A program made the position numbers and the translations under genes. From assembly GCA_048128005.1 (NCBI GenBank), contig JBEUKZ010000019.1, positions 744,001-786,170 on the forward strand: a stretch of 42,170 bases of DNA, given 5' to 3'. Shown here one piece after another: positions 22,571 to 33,439 of the stretch. This DNA comes from Veleropilina oligotropha (lineage: Eukaryota). Numbering within the stretch: the stretch's first letter is position 1; each line of letters opens with the position of its first letter. The notes below the pieces were generated by a model. The model was given only the letters and a program-made list of their open reading frames with translations. It did no database searches and had not been told where the DNA came from.

Positions 22571-22587
22571 CTAGGGCCGAGGCTTCC
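20497..22587 (-). CDS. Element 2 RT-RNase H-MT-like ORF (no AUG before the RT core)
   Basis: PVGACL start, YLDD, TDAS, LELEA, TDN, ADSLSR, VDLFAT, YAFPP all intact. Confidence 0.93.
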   Translation of the reverse strand, partial: GSLGPRAAGIRDGPSCPLPPVGACLLAHSQPWLELTDSNWVHLVVSAGYKLAFNRHPTLTEAPPTRHARLLNGEKQAVLDQAVRDLLLKRAIYPAPPSTPGFYSHFFLVPKPDGRWRPILDLSYLNLYLRTEKFQQETLSKIRAAIRPGDWAASIDLADAYLHVPMHITAHQYLRFIHGETIYQFRCLPFGLSSAPYVFTRTVQALGAFLHSLGHRVHMYLDDWLILGASRDLCLRSTSFTLSSTKRLGFQINETKSCFVPSTTFTFLGVDFDTVRYTAKPTQKRMRNLRAVIQDTLSSDITTARQLATVLGHIESVAPLLPTGRMDKRPLQQAFRDRWIQRTGQWKDRIDLRHWFTDTTAVWLNPALPDQSVPISPPEPNAYLFTDASNDGWGGHLDSYETSGLWPTDLQGRHINFLELEAVYLSVRSLSSHIRNKHIMLATDNTTVVAYIQHQGGTRSRPLCDRAIDLQRLVMSLNSTIRARHIPGKLNVRADSLSRRSQIIHTEWTLHSRVAREVCRRWSQPQVDLFATEFNYRLPLYVSPYPDPAALAVDAMSMTWENLSAYAFPPTCILSLVLQKAATERCEITLIAPLYRTQPWFPTLLDLIVDRPLALPQKLDLLMQPRTRVLHESPNQLRLHAWRLSNDPLLRKDFLKLQPYVSTDREGFPLQKSMTTDGLSTWIGVTAGRSIYSVPL

Positions 22588-24818
22588 CTATCCCGCTCTG
22601 CTTGCGGGATTTCGCTGGAGGTGCTTGCCTCTTTGGAGTGGGTTTATTGGCCGGAGGCCTACCACCCGAAGAGGGCTTCGCACGCTTAGAAGGCTTCGGG
22701 GCCGGGGTGGGCCCGGAGCGCTTCTTCGAGTTGGCAGGTGGACCCCGGGTGGGGAGCAGTACTGCCTTCTCGATGGCACGGTCCTTAATGTCCGCCGCTC
22801 TCTTGTCAACAAACTCCGTGAAGTTGTCACCAAAGAGAGTGGTGGCCGAGCAAGGTACGCATCGCAACGAGCGCCGGGTGGGCTCGTCCAGCGAGGTACC
22901 TTCCAGGCAAGCATCCCTACGAAGTAGGAGGGCATTGCCCAGGACACGTCCCGTCTCCAACGCGCTGGTCTCCTGCGCGGCAGCAACCTCCTGGAGGAAG
23001 GACAGGGCAGCCTCGGTGGCGCCGGGTCCATTCTCCTGTAATACGGCTATCGCCCCGTCTAGGAAAAAATCCTGAACGGACGATAGCCGCAGAGCCCGTC
23101 GGGCGGAGCTCTCGAAAGCTTCCAAGGCGGACCAAGGAACTTTCGCTACGGAGGGAGTGTGACTGGCGGTCAGTCGACGCAACGAAGCGTCAACACGAGC
23201 CGGCTGTCGCCAGGCACGGGCCAGTGCATTCGAACGGGATCGCTCGAGTACTGGCCCGGAGGTACCTCCCACTACGGAACCCCGAAGGGAACTCGTTCAG
23301 CGGGGAGGACTCCACCGGATTGCGCCCCTGAACGAGCTTGGTGATCGAGTCTACAACAAGATCCACCAGCCCGGACTGAGGTAAGGAGGGGAGCTCGGGG
23401 GCTTCCCTCGCAACAAACCGATGTGCTGCCGTCCTATGCTTGGCTACGTCTACAGCCGACCGAGTCGGTTCCGACAAGCCAAGCACCCCGCGAAGTGACG
23501 CAACAGCGTCGAGCCTTCGGCGGGTGGAGGAGGTCGGCTCCTGCGTGCCTGTAAGACTAATGTCTTCGGACCCGACCGATTCAGGGAGGTCGGTGTGATT
23601 TGAACAGAGATCCTCGTCGGAACGAGGGTCGATGTCTATCACTGAGGCAGGAGCCGTGCTCTGCGCCATGGGCAGAAGTGTAGGTACCAGGTGCGGCTCG
23701 GGAGCCGTCGGCCAGGCCTTACACCGTTCCTCGATCCCCGCCGCGATCCATGCCTGGACGTTCTCAAAAGAGAAACCCGGAGGCAGGACGGGCGACGAAC
23801 TAACAGCCGGTAGTTCTGTCGAGGTAACCGTGGCGCTAGGTAGACGGGCTGCACGGACAGGTGGTACCGAGGACCAGGGTCCACGGGCACTTGTCGAGGG
23901 GTCGAACCCGAAGGACTGGCCCGGAGGCGCAGTCAGTGGGCCGGACGACCGATAGGACTGCGGCAACAGTTCTGATCGGTCTACCACTCTGTTCGAGCGA
24001 GGCACGGACGGAAAACCGCCGTAGAACCCCGTCCCGAACGCAGCCGGTCTGTCCACGTTCTATAGCGTGACCACGGTGGGTGCACGGGAGAGACCGGGCC
24101 CTCTGAATGTCTCGTGAGCTTCGAGGTTGAGCGGAAAACCCCTAGGGGAAGTCGCATCGTTCTCGACCGAGGATTCAGGTTTCGCCGATTGTCCGAGTCT
24201 TAGACCTACAAGTAGGTGCCCGGCCTCTTTAAAGGCTTTCTCTGCATTGGGTCTGTCACCGTAGGAAGACGGTGAGTTTCCCGCAGAAGGACTAACTGTC
24301 CCCATATTCTTCGAGGCCGAAGAAAAGGATGGGGATGGTCTGCCCTGTACAGCTGTTCGCTGCGCTGTCATGTATACCTTGCTAGCCGGCAAGGTATGGC
24401 TGACTGCAGCTACTAGGCCCGGTTTTGGAGGATCGGTCGACACTCGGGTCTTTACCTGAATCTTGGGTACCGGCAAGGTTTCGGTGACTCTCCCAAGAGT
24501 CGCGGAGGTTTCGCCGGTGGATCCGGCGACAGACGTCCCCTTGTGTCGGCTGTCGTCCAGCGTCCCTGAAGCAGACAAAGAAGAAACGTTAGGTAACTTA
24601 CCGGTCTCTTCCTGACCCTTCTCCGGGGGAGGACCCACCGTGGCAGTCGCCCTGGTCGACTTACCGTGGTGAGACAGGGTTGCCCACTGCTTATCTGATA
24701 GAAGAAAGCACAGATCACATTGATGATGTATACTACAGCTACGGTGAGTACAACATTCCTTGTGCCTATCAAATGCGTGAATTTTCTGGTTACACCCGGA
24801 GCTACTGCACCGGACCAT
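22571..24818 (-). pseudogene. Element 2 gag-like ORF with in-frame TAG (24060) and frameshift (~23205)
   Basis: MVRCSSSGC...H..C..H..C....C..C N-terminus; three ORF pieces align in order with element 1 gag. Confidence 0.88.
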
Positions 24819-25931
24819 AGCTAAATACACGGGAGGGTGGACGTGGGTAGACGGGGTAGATAAATAGGTATATATATGGTAGTTGAGACTTCTTTCCTTG
24901 GAGGGAGTACTACGACAACTCACAGAATTGTCCTGATCTGAAGATTAGAGATCAAGCGATATACCGTTATTAAAAACCCCGAACTGGGAACACCGAGGTC
25001 GGGTATTTTACCCGACCGACCCGGTAACCCGGCAAATTGACTAAAACAAAGGGAGGTTATTTCCTCGAAAAAACCGCCCAGAAAAACACCTGAAAACCTC
25101 GTGGATGTTTTATGTTAGTACAATGGCGTATTATCCCAGCCACGGCAGGATATCAGAAAATTAACGCAAGCTTAATATCAAAAGATCCTGCCTTTTTAAC
25201 AACGCTAGAAATTTTTTATATAATAAATAACCAGCAAATAGCGTTGTTAAGGAATTATCCAATATAATGAGTTACCTGTTTTGCAGTCTCAAACAATATC
25301 AGATAATTATACCGACCAGAAATTTCAGCTAACACTCGAAACTTTCCCTCTAAGCGGCCATCTTTAACGGCCACGGCGTCCTTGACGACGATGTCGGTTT
25401 CCTTTGATGTCCAGAACTTCCTCGAAGTTTGAGAATCACTCTTCTTATATTCACATGTGTTTTATATCCACAACACAGGGTTATATTCCACTACTTATAT
25501 ACTATATAAGCAGAAACTGCGCCCTGATTTAACGTGAAATCGGGCGCCTATATCGAAATATTTGCGGAGCAAAACAACGTCTTTCCGCGACAGCGGAAAA
25601 CTTTGAATTGAGGTCTTAGGACTTCTATTGTTCAGAAGTCTCGCGAGACTTGGCGAAGTCTCACTAAGGAACGTGATGGGATAGGAGCAGGGGAGGTAAC
25701 CGTGTGCTTTTTTGGCTTATTAACGGTGCATTATGGGACATATTCACCATTTCCGGTTTGGGCGATAATATACTATTATGGCAAGAGTAAGGACGTAAGT
25801 ATGTTTGTAACTATATATGTATTACAATTGTGCACTTTAGGGGTATGGATACACTATTAATTTTGCAGTTGAGAAGATATTGTTATTGGTTCCAAGTGAT
25901 GACATAGTGAAAAGATTTTTAACTTACTTTG

Positions 25932-26735
25932 GAACAAACTCCCTTTTCTCGACCTGTGCATCAACATCTTTGACGATGGTGGCACTAAATTACTGTTTAC
26001 TGTAAGCCCACCCATACGGACCAGTATTTAAACTTTCACTCGTACCATCCGCTGGAACACAAACGATCTGTTGTCCGCACACTATTAAGCAGAGTGGACA
26101 ACTATGTCATGATGAAACCGAACCAACGTAAGGAACGTGAGCACACGACGAATGCGCTCCATGCCAATGGTTATGCCGAACGGGCGCACAACATCCCTGA
26201 GCCCAAACCGCGTCCTCTACCATCAGAAACTATCGCCTCAAACATGCCACAACATCGACCACCTCTAATTGGTATACCTTACATGCAAGGTTTGTCTGAG
26301 AAACTCTCTCAGATTTACAAGTCTTACGGTATCGACACCTACCATCAACCGACCAATAAACTAAGATCTATATTGGTACACCCAAAGGACCGTACCCCAG
26401 ACGAGAAGAAATGCGGGGTCATATACCAATTCTAATGCGATAAGTCCCATGACCACTCCTACATCGGGGAAACCAAGTGTACCCTGGCGACTCGCTTCAA
26501 GGAACGCACCAACCTCGATAAGCCCACGGGTGTGGGTGATCACTGTCAAGCCACTGGCCGCTCAGTGTCATTAATTAAGCAACACTTCAATCCTCACCCG
26601 TGAACCTGACTGGACCAAACGCAAAGTCAAGGAGGTCATCTACATCCGCCAACAAAAACCAACCATGAACCTTGACCAGGGATACCAGCTGCCCGCCATC
26701 TACCACAGCCTGCTACCTGCCATGCGTTCAGGATA
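25932..26735 (+). mobile_element. Penelope-like element 3' fragment (RT C-terminus + GIY-YIG endonuclease), degraded
   Basis: LPFLD, KPTHTDQYLNFHSYHP, IPYMQGLSE, GVIYQF*C...YIGET, RKVKEVIYI...MNLDQG motifs with stops and frameshifts. Confidence 0.9.
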
Positions 26736-27449
26736 GACTTTCCAGCAAAACGTTTTTCAAAAGTGCTTTGCACGCTTTATGAATGCTCTTTGGTGTCAAA
26801 AACGTTTTCCAAAATGGACGACGTTATAGACTTGATTTACCGATCAACGAATGCGTTAATGATAACACCTTTACGCCTGCCAATCCATCAACAGGAAACT
26901 TCCATGCTATTAGAGCTGGTGTGTGTTTATCACTACGGGACACACCAATCCTTGTCAAAGGCTATATATTGACACGTTCGTCCCGTATTACCAAAATTTT
27001 GATTAAATAAATAAAATTATTATAGAACTTCAAAACAACAACATCGACAATTCTTGTAAAATCAGATTGTTAGTACAACTATAAACTAGAGAAGTTGTTT
27101 TTGTACAAAAACATATGTCTCCAGTTTGAGAGAAATCATTCCACACTCAGATCCTCATGAAGTTCCAAAAGTCACAACCTATTGAAAATCAATAAGGGAA
27201 CACAAATTTTTTCGTCCTGCACATGCTTGAAGTGTAAGCCATTCATCTACAAATAAATCAGAAGGATAGATATGATTTGAAATCTCGAAGAAGAAGCCCG
27301 GACACGATGTGGGGATCAAATTAAAGATCATTACGGCAAACTGGAAGGTCATTTTTTGAAAATTTTGCTGCCTTGCACAATGTCATGTAAGTGGTGAATA
27401 ATATATGAAAGAAAATCGGGCTGTTTTGTGGTTCACTGCTGATGATAAA

Positions 27450-28190
27450 GTGGGCTTTTCAATACAGTGGTAAGTCAAAGGTCAAGACTGCAGTTTACCC
27501 TTACCGTTGGGAATACTCGCAAACAAACTTCATCGTATAGTAGTTGCATGTTGGGTCGCTAGCCCTCATGTCTATCATTGGAAGGAACGTTACTGATGAT
27601 TGACCGGGATATGATCCATCATGGCACATCTGCATTACTCCAGACCAACCAGGCGTCTGTGTTATCATTGAGCAAACAGCAGCGAAAAAAGATCCACTGG
27701 CGAAGAAGTATCCACGATCTTCAGGTTTTCATATTCCCGCTATGCCATTTCTTTAATCATTTGCAGTGACTTCATTTCGAATTTAATTTTAATTTGGCCC
27801 AGTTCTGTCAAATCGGATTTTGACACCATCTGTTTTGGAACGTGGTTGAAACTTTTAGACCCAGGTGTAAGGCCCACAATAATCCCTGTGTGTTTGCCAT
27901 CCACAGTACAAGAGTTGTGGTCCAGACTCCACGTTGTCTACCACCTATTGAACCAACTTCCCAGGTTCAAAGCCGTGTATGTCTGTGCCTTGTGTTGCTG
28001 CGGCACTTGGCTTCAAATCGTTGCACCTCTTGGTATGAAGAACAAAATTCAAAACTGTTTAATGTATCGATTAAGAACTTTGATTCAAATTGATCAATTG
28101 TAGTTGTATACCCATACCAATCTGCAACGGCTCCAAATGTAAACGAGTACATTTTGCATTGTTGTGGTGTGTTCACAATTGTGTGCAGCT
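27450..28190 (-). mobile_element. Degraded DNA-transposon coding remnant (probably Academ-type transposase)
   Basis: Fragments LIDTLNSFEFCSSYQEVQRFE, PGWSGVMQM...SSVTFLPMID, LTFDLPLY*KA resemble a widespread invertebrate transposase family; superfamily assigned from memory only. Confidence 0.45.
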
Positions 28191-28225
28191 AGCAAGTTTG
28201 CATATTAATGCAACTGTCTCGCTAT

Positions 28226-28608
28226 CAGGGCTCAATTTATATGGTAGTCCTGGAGCCCCAGGCTCCTAGAAATGGCATGGAGCTCCTAGATTCTATTGTG
28301 AGGTAGTCCTTTTGTCTCCTATAAATTTGTAAGCACTTCATAGGATTTAGATGAATCTGAATATGTAATAAACATGATCATATTCTCTTATTATTACAAA
28401 TTTTCAGCATAAAAAACTGATAACTGAGTCAAGAAGGAAGTCTATAATGATTATAACATTTGTTTTGAGATATTACGTGGAATCCATAGTAAGTTTCTAT
28501 CGTATCTTTGATGGGAGATAAAATGGATGTTGTAGAAATAATATTAGAAGGGCTCCTAGATTTGAAATGCTAGGAGCCCTAGGATTTAAAATGCTAAATC
28601 GAGCCCTG
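28226..28608. mobile_element. MITE with CAGGGCTC TIRs and 5-bp TSD (gctat)
   Basis: cagggctcaattta / taaatcgagccctg; gctat at 28221-28225 and 28609-28613; subterminal gctcctag repeats. Confidence 0.85.
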
Positions 28609-28854
28609 GCTATATATAGAATTCAATAAAAGCAGACATAATTAATTATGAAATGTACTATACAATTCGTTAATTTAAAAGATAATATTTTGTCTGTTTG
28701 TGTGTAATTATTGCTTTGCCTATGTTTATTTTATAACCAAGACGAGCAAAACATGATATCTGCTATTATATACTATTCCTATACATATATGTTCTTGAAC
28801 AGCACCAATGGGCTTCCGTAGTTTTGAAAACGCTACGGCCTTGTAGTTATTATC

Positions 28855-29115
28855 AGGAGGAGGAATGATGCTTAATGTCATGTATATTTACAACATCGAG
28901 GTTCAAGGCAGGACATGTCCGTGTTATCGCGGGAGGAAACCCCGGTTGCCCGGGTAAACCCGCCCTCTTCAGCCAGTCACGGACAACTGTGATTCATAAT
29001 TTGAACAAATTTCAATGCCTCAGCCAGGTATTGAACCCACTACTGTTCGCATTAGCGGAATCAAGCCAGTGAATTTAGAGTGGACACTCTACCCACTGCG
29101 CTGCCGAAGCGGCCC
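28855..29115 (-). mobile_element. tRNA-derived SINE, near full length
   Basis: A-box-like ggcagcgcagtgg, B-box-like ggttcaatacc, core gggtttacccgggcaaccggggtttcctccc, (cct)n tail; related copies at ~16064 and ~31510. Confidence 0.8.
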
Positions 29116-29702
29116 AGTTATTATCAACTCATTCGACTCAAAGTTGCGATAAATCAAGCTTTATTGCATTTTCTAATTATTAATACTATGTTTGATAATC
29201 AGATAGGATACTATTACTGTCACAGTAACGGATAAAACATTTTATTTCTTCACAAAGGGCGAGCAGTTTGAGGCAGACGCCCAAAGCAGCAGACGACATT
29301 GCACTAAATATAAAACGTGGTATTGTAATTCATATATTCAGGAACATTATTCAATTATAAATAATCAAGTGATATCACTTATGAAATATTAAAACAATTT
29401 GAAGTCACACTTAAATGACTTGACTTATTTCAAGCTGGTTTTGTCGAGTGATAACATTGGAGTTATCATCCTTGAGGTGTATAGAAGGCCACATAAATTT
29501 GCGTTTTTTCGTTTTGTAATTAGCTGTAATTAACGCTAAAATTAACCATCTTCCCCAACTGATATTTTTCGATACTTTTGTATGTTGTTTATATATATAT
29601 ATCTTATGAACATATATTGATAGGAATTGTTTCTGTTGCAATTTCTTTGATGTTAAATTGTAATATGACTGGACTATATGAATTGGACTATTAAATAGAC
29701 TA

Positions 29703-29884
29703 CTAGCAAATACCCGTGCTTGCCACGGTTTTGGGGCGAGCACTTAGTTTTGAGGCATATCGTAATAGGAATGGGTGTAAATTGTTAATAAGAGTAAATT
29801 GTCACGGTTGTTACCTACCGTGTATTACAAAATGTCTTTGAAGACCATTTTGTTATATAGAAAGAATCAATGAGTCATTAGGCT

Positions 29885-29947
<63 letters not shown>

Positions 29948-30874
29948 TTTAATTGCAGTATTTTGTTGTTATATTACTTTGTTAAGAACGAAAAATGCGT
30001 GTTCGTATGCATAATACAGTTTCTATTAAACTCTATATTTTATTTTTATAAACGGGCCAAAACCATCCCATGCTAAATTTAAAAACAGGCCGAATCTACT
30101 CATGCCGAACCTATTCTCCTGGCCTAAGGAGAATCGGGCCGAAACTACTCAGATTCCCTACTTTTGTATACACTACACACACATGAGAGAGTGGAGAAGT
30201 TAATTCACGCTACACGACCCTATGAAATACGGACTTTTGTAAGGCATGTTGGCAAACGGGCATTTCTTGAAGTTGCTGATTACGTCAGGTTATTGTCTTT
30301 TCAACACGCGTATCCAAATTTCCACCGATCGCCGTTATTTGACAAAACGTTTGCCTATAAAACGCGTGGGCGAGGCCTGCGAATCGGTAATTTCATGGAT
30401 AATTTCATAACATGCCATTGGAAATCGGTAAATATATCGGTTTTTGCATATATTTTAGCAATTATATGTTAAGAGTGTAAATAAAGCCTTAAGTGTAAAG
30501 AAACTAATAATGTTCGTTGGATTGAAAACGTCACATTTCAGGTGGCGCGATGTTTTGTTTACTGTACTTTTTACAGAGCCTCGTTCTGAAACGTTCTTTC
30601 ATTTCCTTATATGGCAAACTGTGTTCGTTTATCGGGTAAAAGTGAGCCTCGTTCTGAAACGTTCTTTCATTTCCTTATTTGGCAAACCCTGTTTGTTTAT
30701 CGGGGTAAAAGTGCGATTAAAAGTCTTTTTGTTGAAACTTGATAATAAAACCGGGCCATATGTGGTCATAACACCCAAAAGCATGTCCATGTCGAATATC
30801 ACGGCCATCCGTACGGTGGCTTCGGAGGAGATACGGAAAATCACAGAAAACGGCTTACGCTATTAATATATAGA
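29703..30874 (-). mobile_element. Non-autonomous Helitron
   Basis: Minus strand begins TC (TCTATATATTAATA), ends CTAG after hairpin ccgtg-gcaag-cacgg, inserted between A and T; contains (TA)n and a ~68-bp duplication at 30577-30712. Confidence 0.85.
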
Positions 30875-31504
30875 TTGCCCGTAAATGTGCTACTAACAAC
30901 ATTACATTTTTTGTTTTTATAGCATAAAAAGTTAGGAAGTTTCAACAGTTAATTTTTGTCAGTAATTTGTTATCGTTTAAATAAATCGGTTATCGCTAAT
31001 GAAGATTTAAAAATAATTACAAGCGGTCCGCCTTACATTACCTCGCACCGAGTGACATTTCCAATTGACCTAGTTGCGTAGGTTTCTGCTCGTCAAGTAA
31101 GATAGCTTTCTATTGGACAATAAATATTGATCTGCAGTAATGTTAATAATTCCAATAAAAATCTATCATTTGATCACATCTTCGCGAAATTTGTATCAAT
31201 CTTCGCGAATTGTGCTTCCGATTCATTTGATACGATAGCAGCTGTTCAGTCATGCTACACAATCACGAAAATTAAGGGCAATAGTTACTTTAAACAACTT
31301 TCAATTCACAACACAGAAATCCTGTTGTTAAACCAATTTTAAGATGATATATCTGTATTATACATCTAATATAACTTACTTAACAATAGTATATACAAGC
31401 TGTACTTAAACAAATAAATTTTACAAGTACATTTTCATTTTAATTGAATGAACCGTGAAAGATCAATGTGGGCGCATTCAAAATTAGCATTTGATGTTGA
31501 AAGG

Positions 31505-31650
31505 AAAGGATCGATGCTTCATGTCCTGTATATTTCCAACCGTTACCATAATTTGGTTCAAAGCAGGATATGTCCATATTACTGAGGAAGTAAAGCCCGG
31601 TCACCCGGGGAAACCCACCCTCTCCGACCCGTTATGTACAACTGTGTTGT
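31505..31650 (-). mobile_element. Diverged SINE 3' fragment
   Basis: Similar to 28865-28990 (atgtcctgtatattt...ggttcaaagcagga...cccgggaaaccc). Confidence 0.65.
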
Positions 31651-31938
31651 TGTTGAAAGATATTATCCCATTTATATGATAATATTAAAGAATCAACGGC
31701 AACTTACCATAAGTGATCACTTGGTTTAGGTACTGTAATTATATCCTATCGCATACCCCTTCAATCCAATCCTATTGTCACAAGTGCCTATCAGATCCGT
31801 GGGACAACTAACGTATGCATGGTAATTAAATTACCTATTACCTGATCATTTACATTATAATAACCTTTTCGAATGTAGGAATCTAATTCAAAAATTGGAA
31901 CAATAAGACCAATTTTATATCTATTTTTTAAGGGGTAC

Positions 31939-32358
31939 CTCGTCGATGTTTTCCGGGTACGTTTGCGGCTCGTATTCGTCGCCGCTGTTGTAGCCGGCAA
32001 CCATATCGTCTCCGTAGCTGTACTCCGGGTTGTCGGTGGGGGTTGTCACCCCCGCGCCTTGAGGGAGGGAGGCGTGGCCCCTATGCTTTCTGACGTTTCT
32101 ATGCGGCGGGGACCGGTGACGTCGCTTGTTGTGCTTCGTGTTGTCTAGAGCGTCGAACTGCCCGCCGGTGTCGTGCGCCGAGAGCTTGTCGTCCCGGGAC
32201 GTGGAGGGGAGCCAGCGCGTTGGCGAGGTTCTTCCCCTGACGACTTTGTCGTGTCTCGTTTCGCTCGACGCAGAATGGTGGCCGTGAGTGTGAGAATGTT
32301 CGGTAACTTCGGGGTCATTTTTGTCCTTCGAAGCCTTTTTCTTTGGCAGAATTGTCAT
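31939..32358 (-). CDS. OTUD5: OTUD5 (DUBA) coding exon 1
   Basis: Starts MTILPKKK as in known OTUD5 proteins and contains GYNSGDEYE (OTUD5 activating phosphoserine motif, GYNSEDEYE in human); 420 nt ending GAG|gtaccc, phase 0, joins in frame to exon 2. Confidence 0.93.
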
Positions 32359-32477
32359 TTTGATAGGAAAATCGCTTTCTCTGCAGGGTGTTTAGTTCAA
32401 TAAAAGTGACCTATTTGGCTGAATTTCTGTTTAATTTGACATCTAATGTTAGCTTTCCTGGACCGACTCCATCGTGA

Positions 32478-32540
32478 ATATGGCGTCTTGATGAACCGTG
32501 ACGTCACGGGTTGTATTATGGTTGCGAACCGCCATCTATG
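32478..32540. promoter_or_regulatory. Probable OTUD5 proximal promoter: CRE/ATF palindrome and YY1-like motifs
   Basis: ccgtgacgtcacgg perfect palindrome at 32496-32509; atggcg and cgccatct nearby; ~140 bp upstream of ATG. Confidence 0.5.
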
Positions 32541-33439
32541 CAAGGGAGATAAGGCGCAATTCCACACTCAACCAAGTTTATTTTCTCAATTGAATGTGCA
32601 CGAGTCAAGATGTTCCCTAATATACACAATTAATATTGGAAGGCTACTTGATATTTCTAGAAATTTAAAACATGTTGCAGCTGCATGGAGACCTATCGGA
32701 AACTAATTCGGGCTTGCAAGGCACAATTCAATTTTCAATTTTATTAAACACAAAATCTACATACAAGCAGATATTATATATATATAGCTTTGGACAAGAC
32801 AATAAAACACTTGAAAATAACATAACAGTGTCGCACTGGTGTGAGAAGTAATTATTGCATAACACTGCTATTGTGTATACCTATTTTTGGCAACGGTGGT
32901 TCCTGTATGAACTGGCCTGCTAAAACTCTATCACACCACCACCACAATAAAACATAACAAGGTGAGAGAATAATTAAAGGCATACAAACGAAAAAGAATT
33001 TAATTTTAATCAAAGGATAAATCTAATGAGATCCATAGGTTTGATCATGTAAATAAATAAATTAGGTTTGCCTCATCACGAACATCTGCTCAGCGAGACA
33101 CCCACTCCGTCCAGCGGACCCTCCTCAGACCGACGAGCCAGTCTATGACCGCCAGGTGGTATTGCGGAACACGCCAGCCCGAAGAAGCACACCGACCAGA
33201 GCGGGTGTCAAGGTCCCACCGCGCAAATACTTGCGTACGTGATAGAACAAACTCAATCTATTGAAAATTACATCCTATTAGAATGAAACAAATGCATGTT
33301 CTGAGTAATTCACCTGGATAAAATAAATAAGTAAAAATAAAAACTTCCTTGACTTAATTAGTGAAGTTTAAATTCATGAAGTTGTGGTCATAAATTGTTG
33401 TCTTTTGAGCATACACTCCGTCACAATGTTTAGGTTTAT

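Larger units (their letters stand above)
18356..25819 (-). mobile_element. DIRS1-like retrotransposon, element 2 (full length; pol and YR frames open, gag disrupted)
   Basis: ITRs ~18392-18598 / 25599-25819, ICR ~18659-18749, same ORF layout as element 1. Confidence 0.97.

Noticed and set aside
25380..25420. VSFDV, a Penelope RT-like motif inside the element 2 leader
   Set aside because: Five residues only, no supporting flanks; probably chance.
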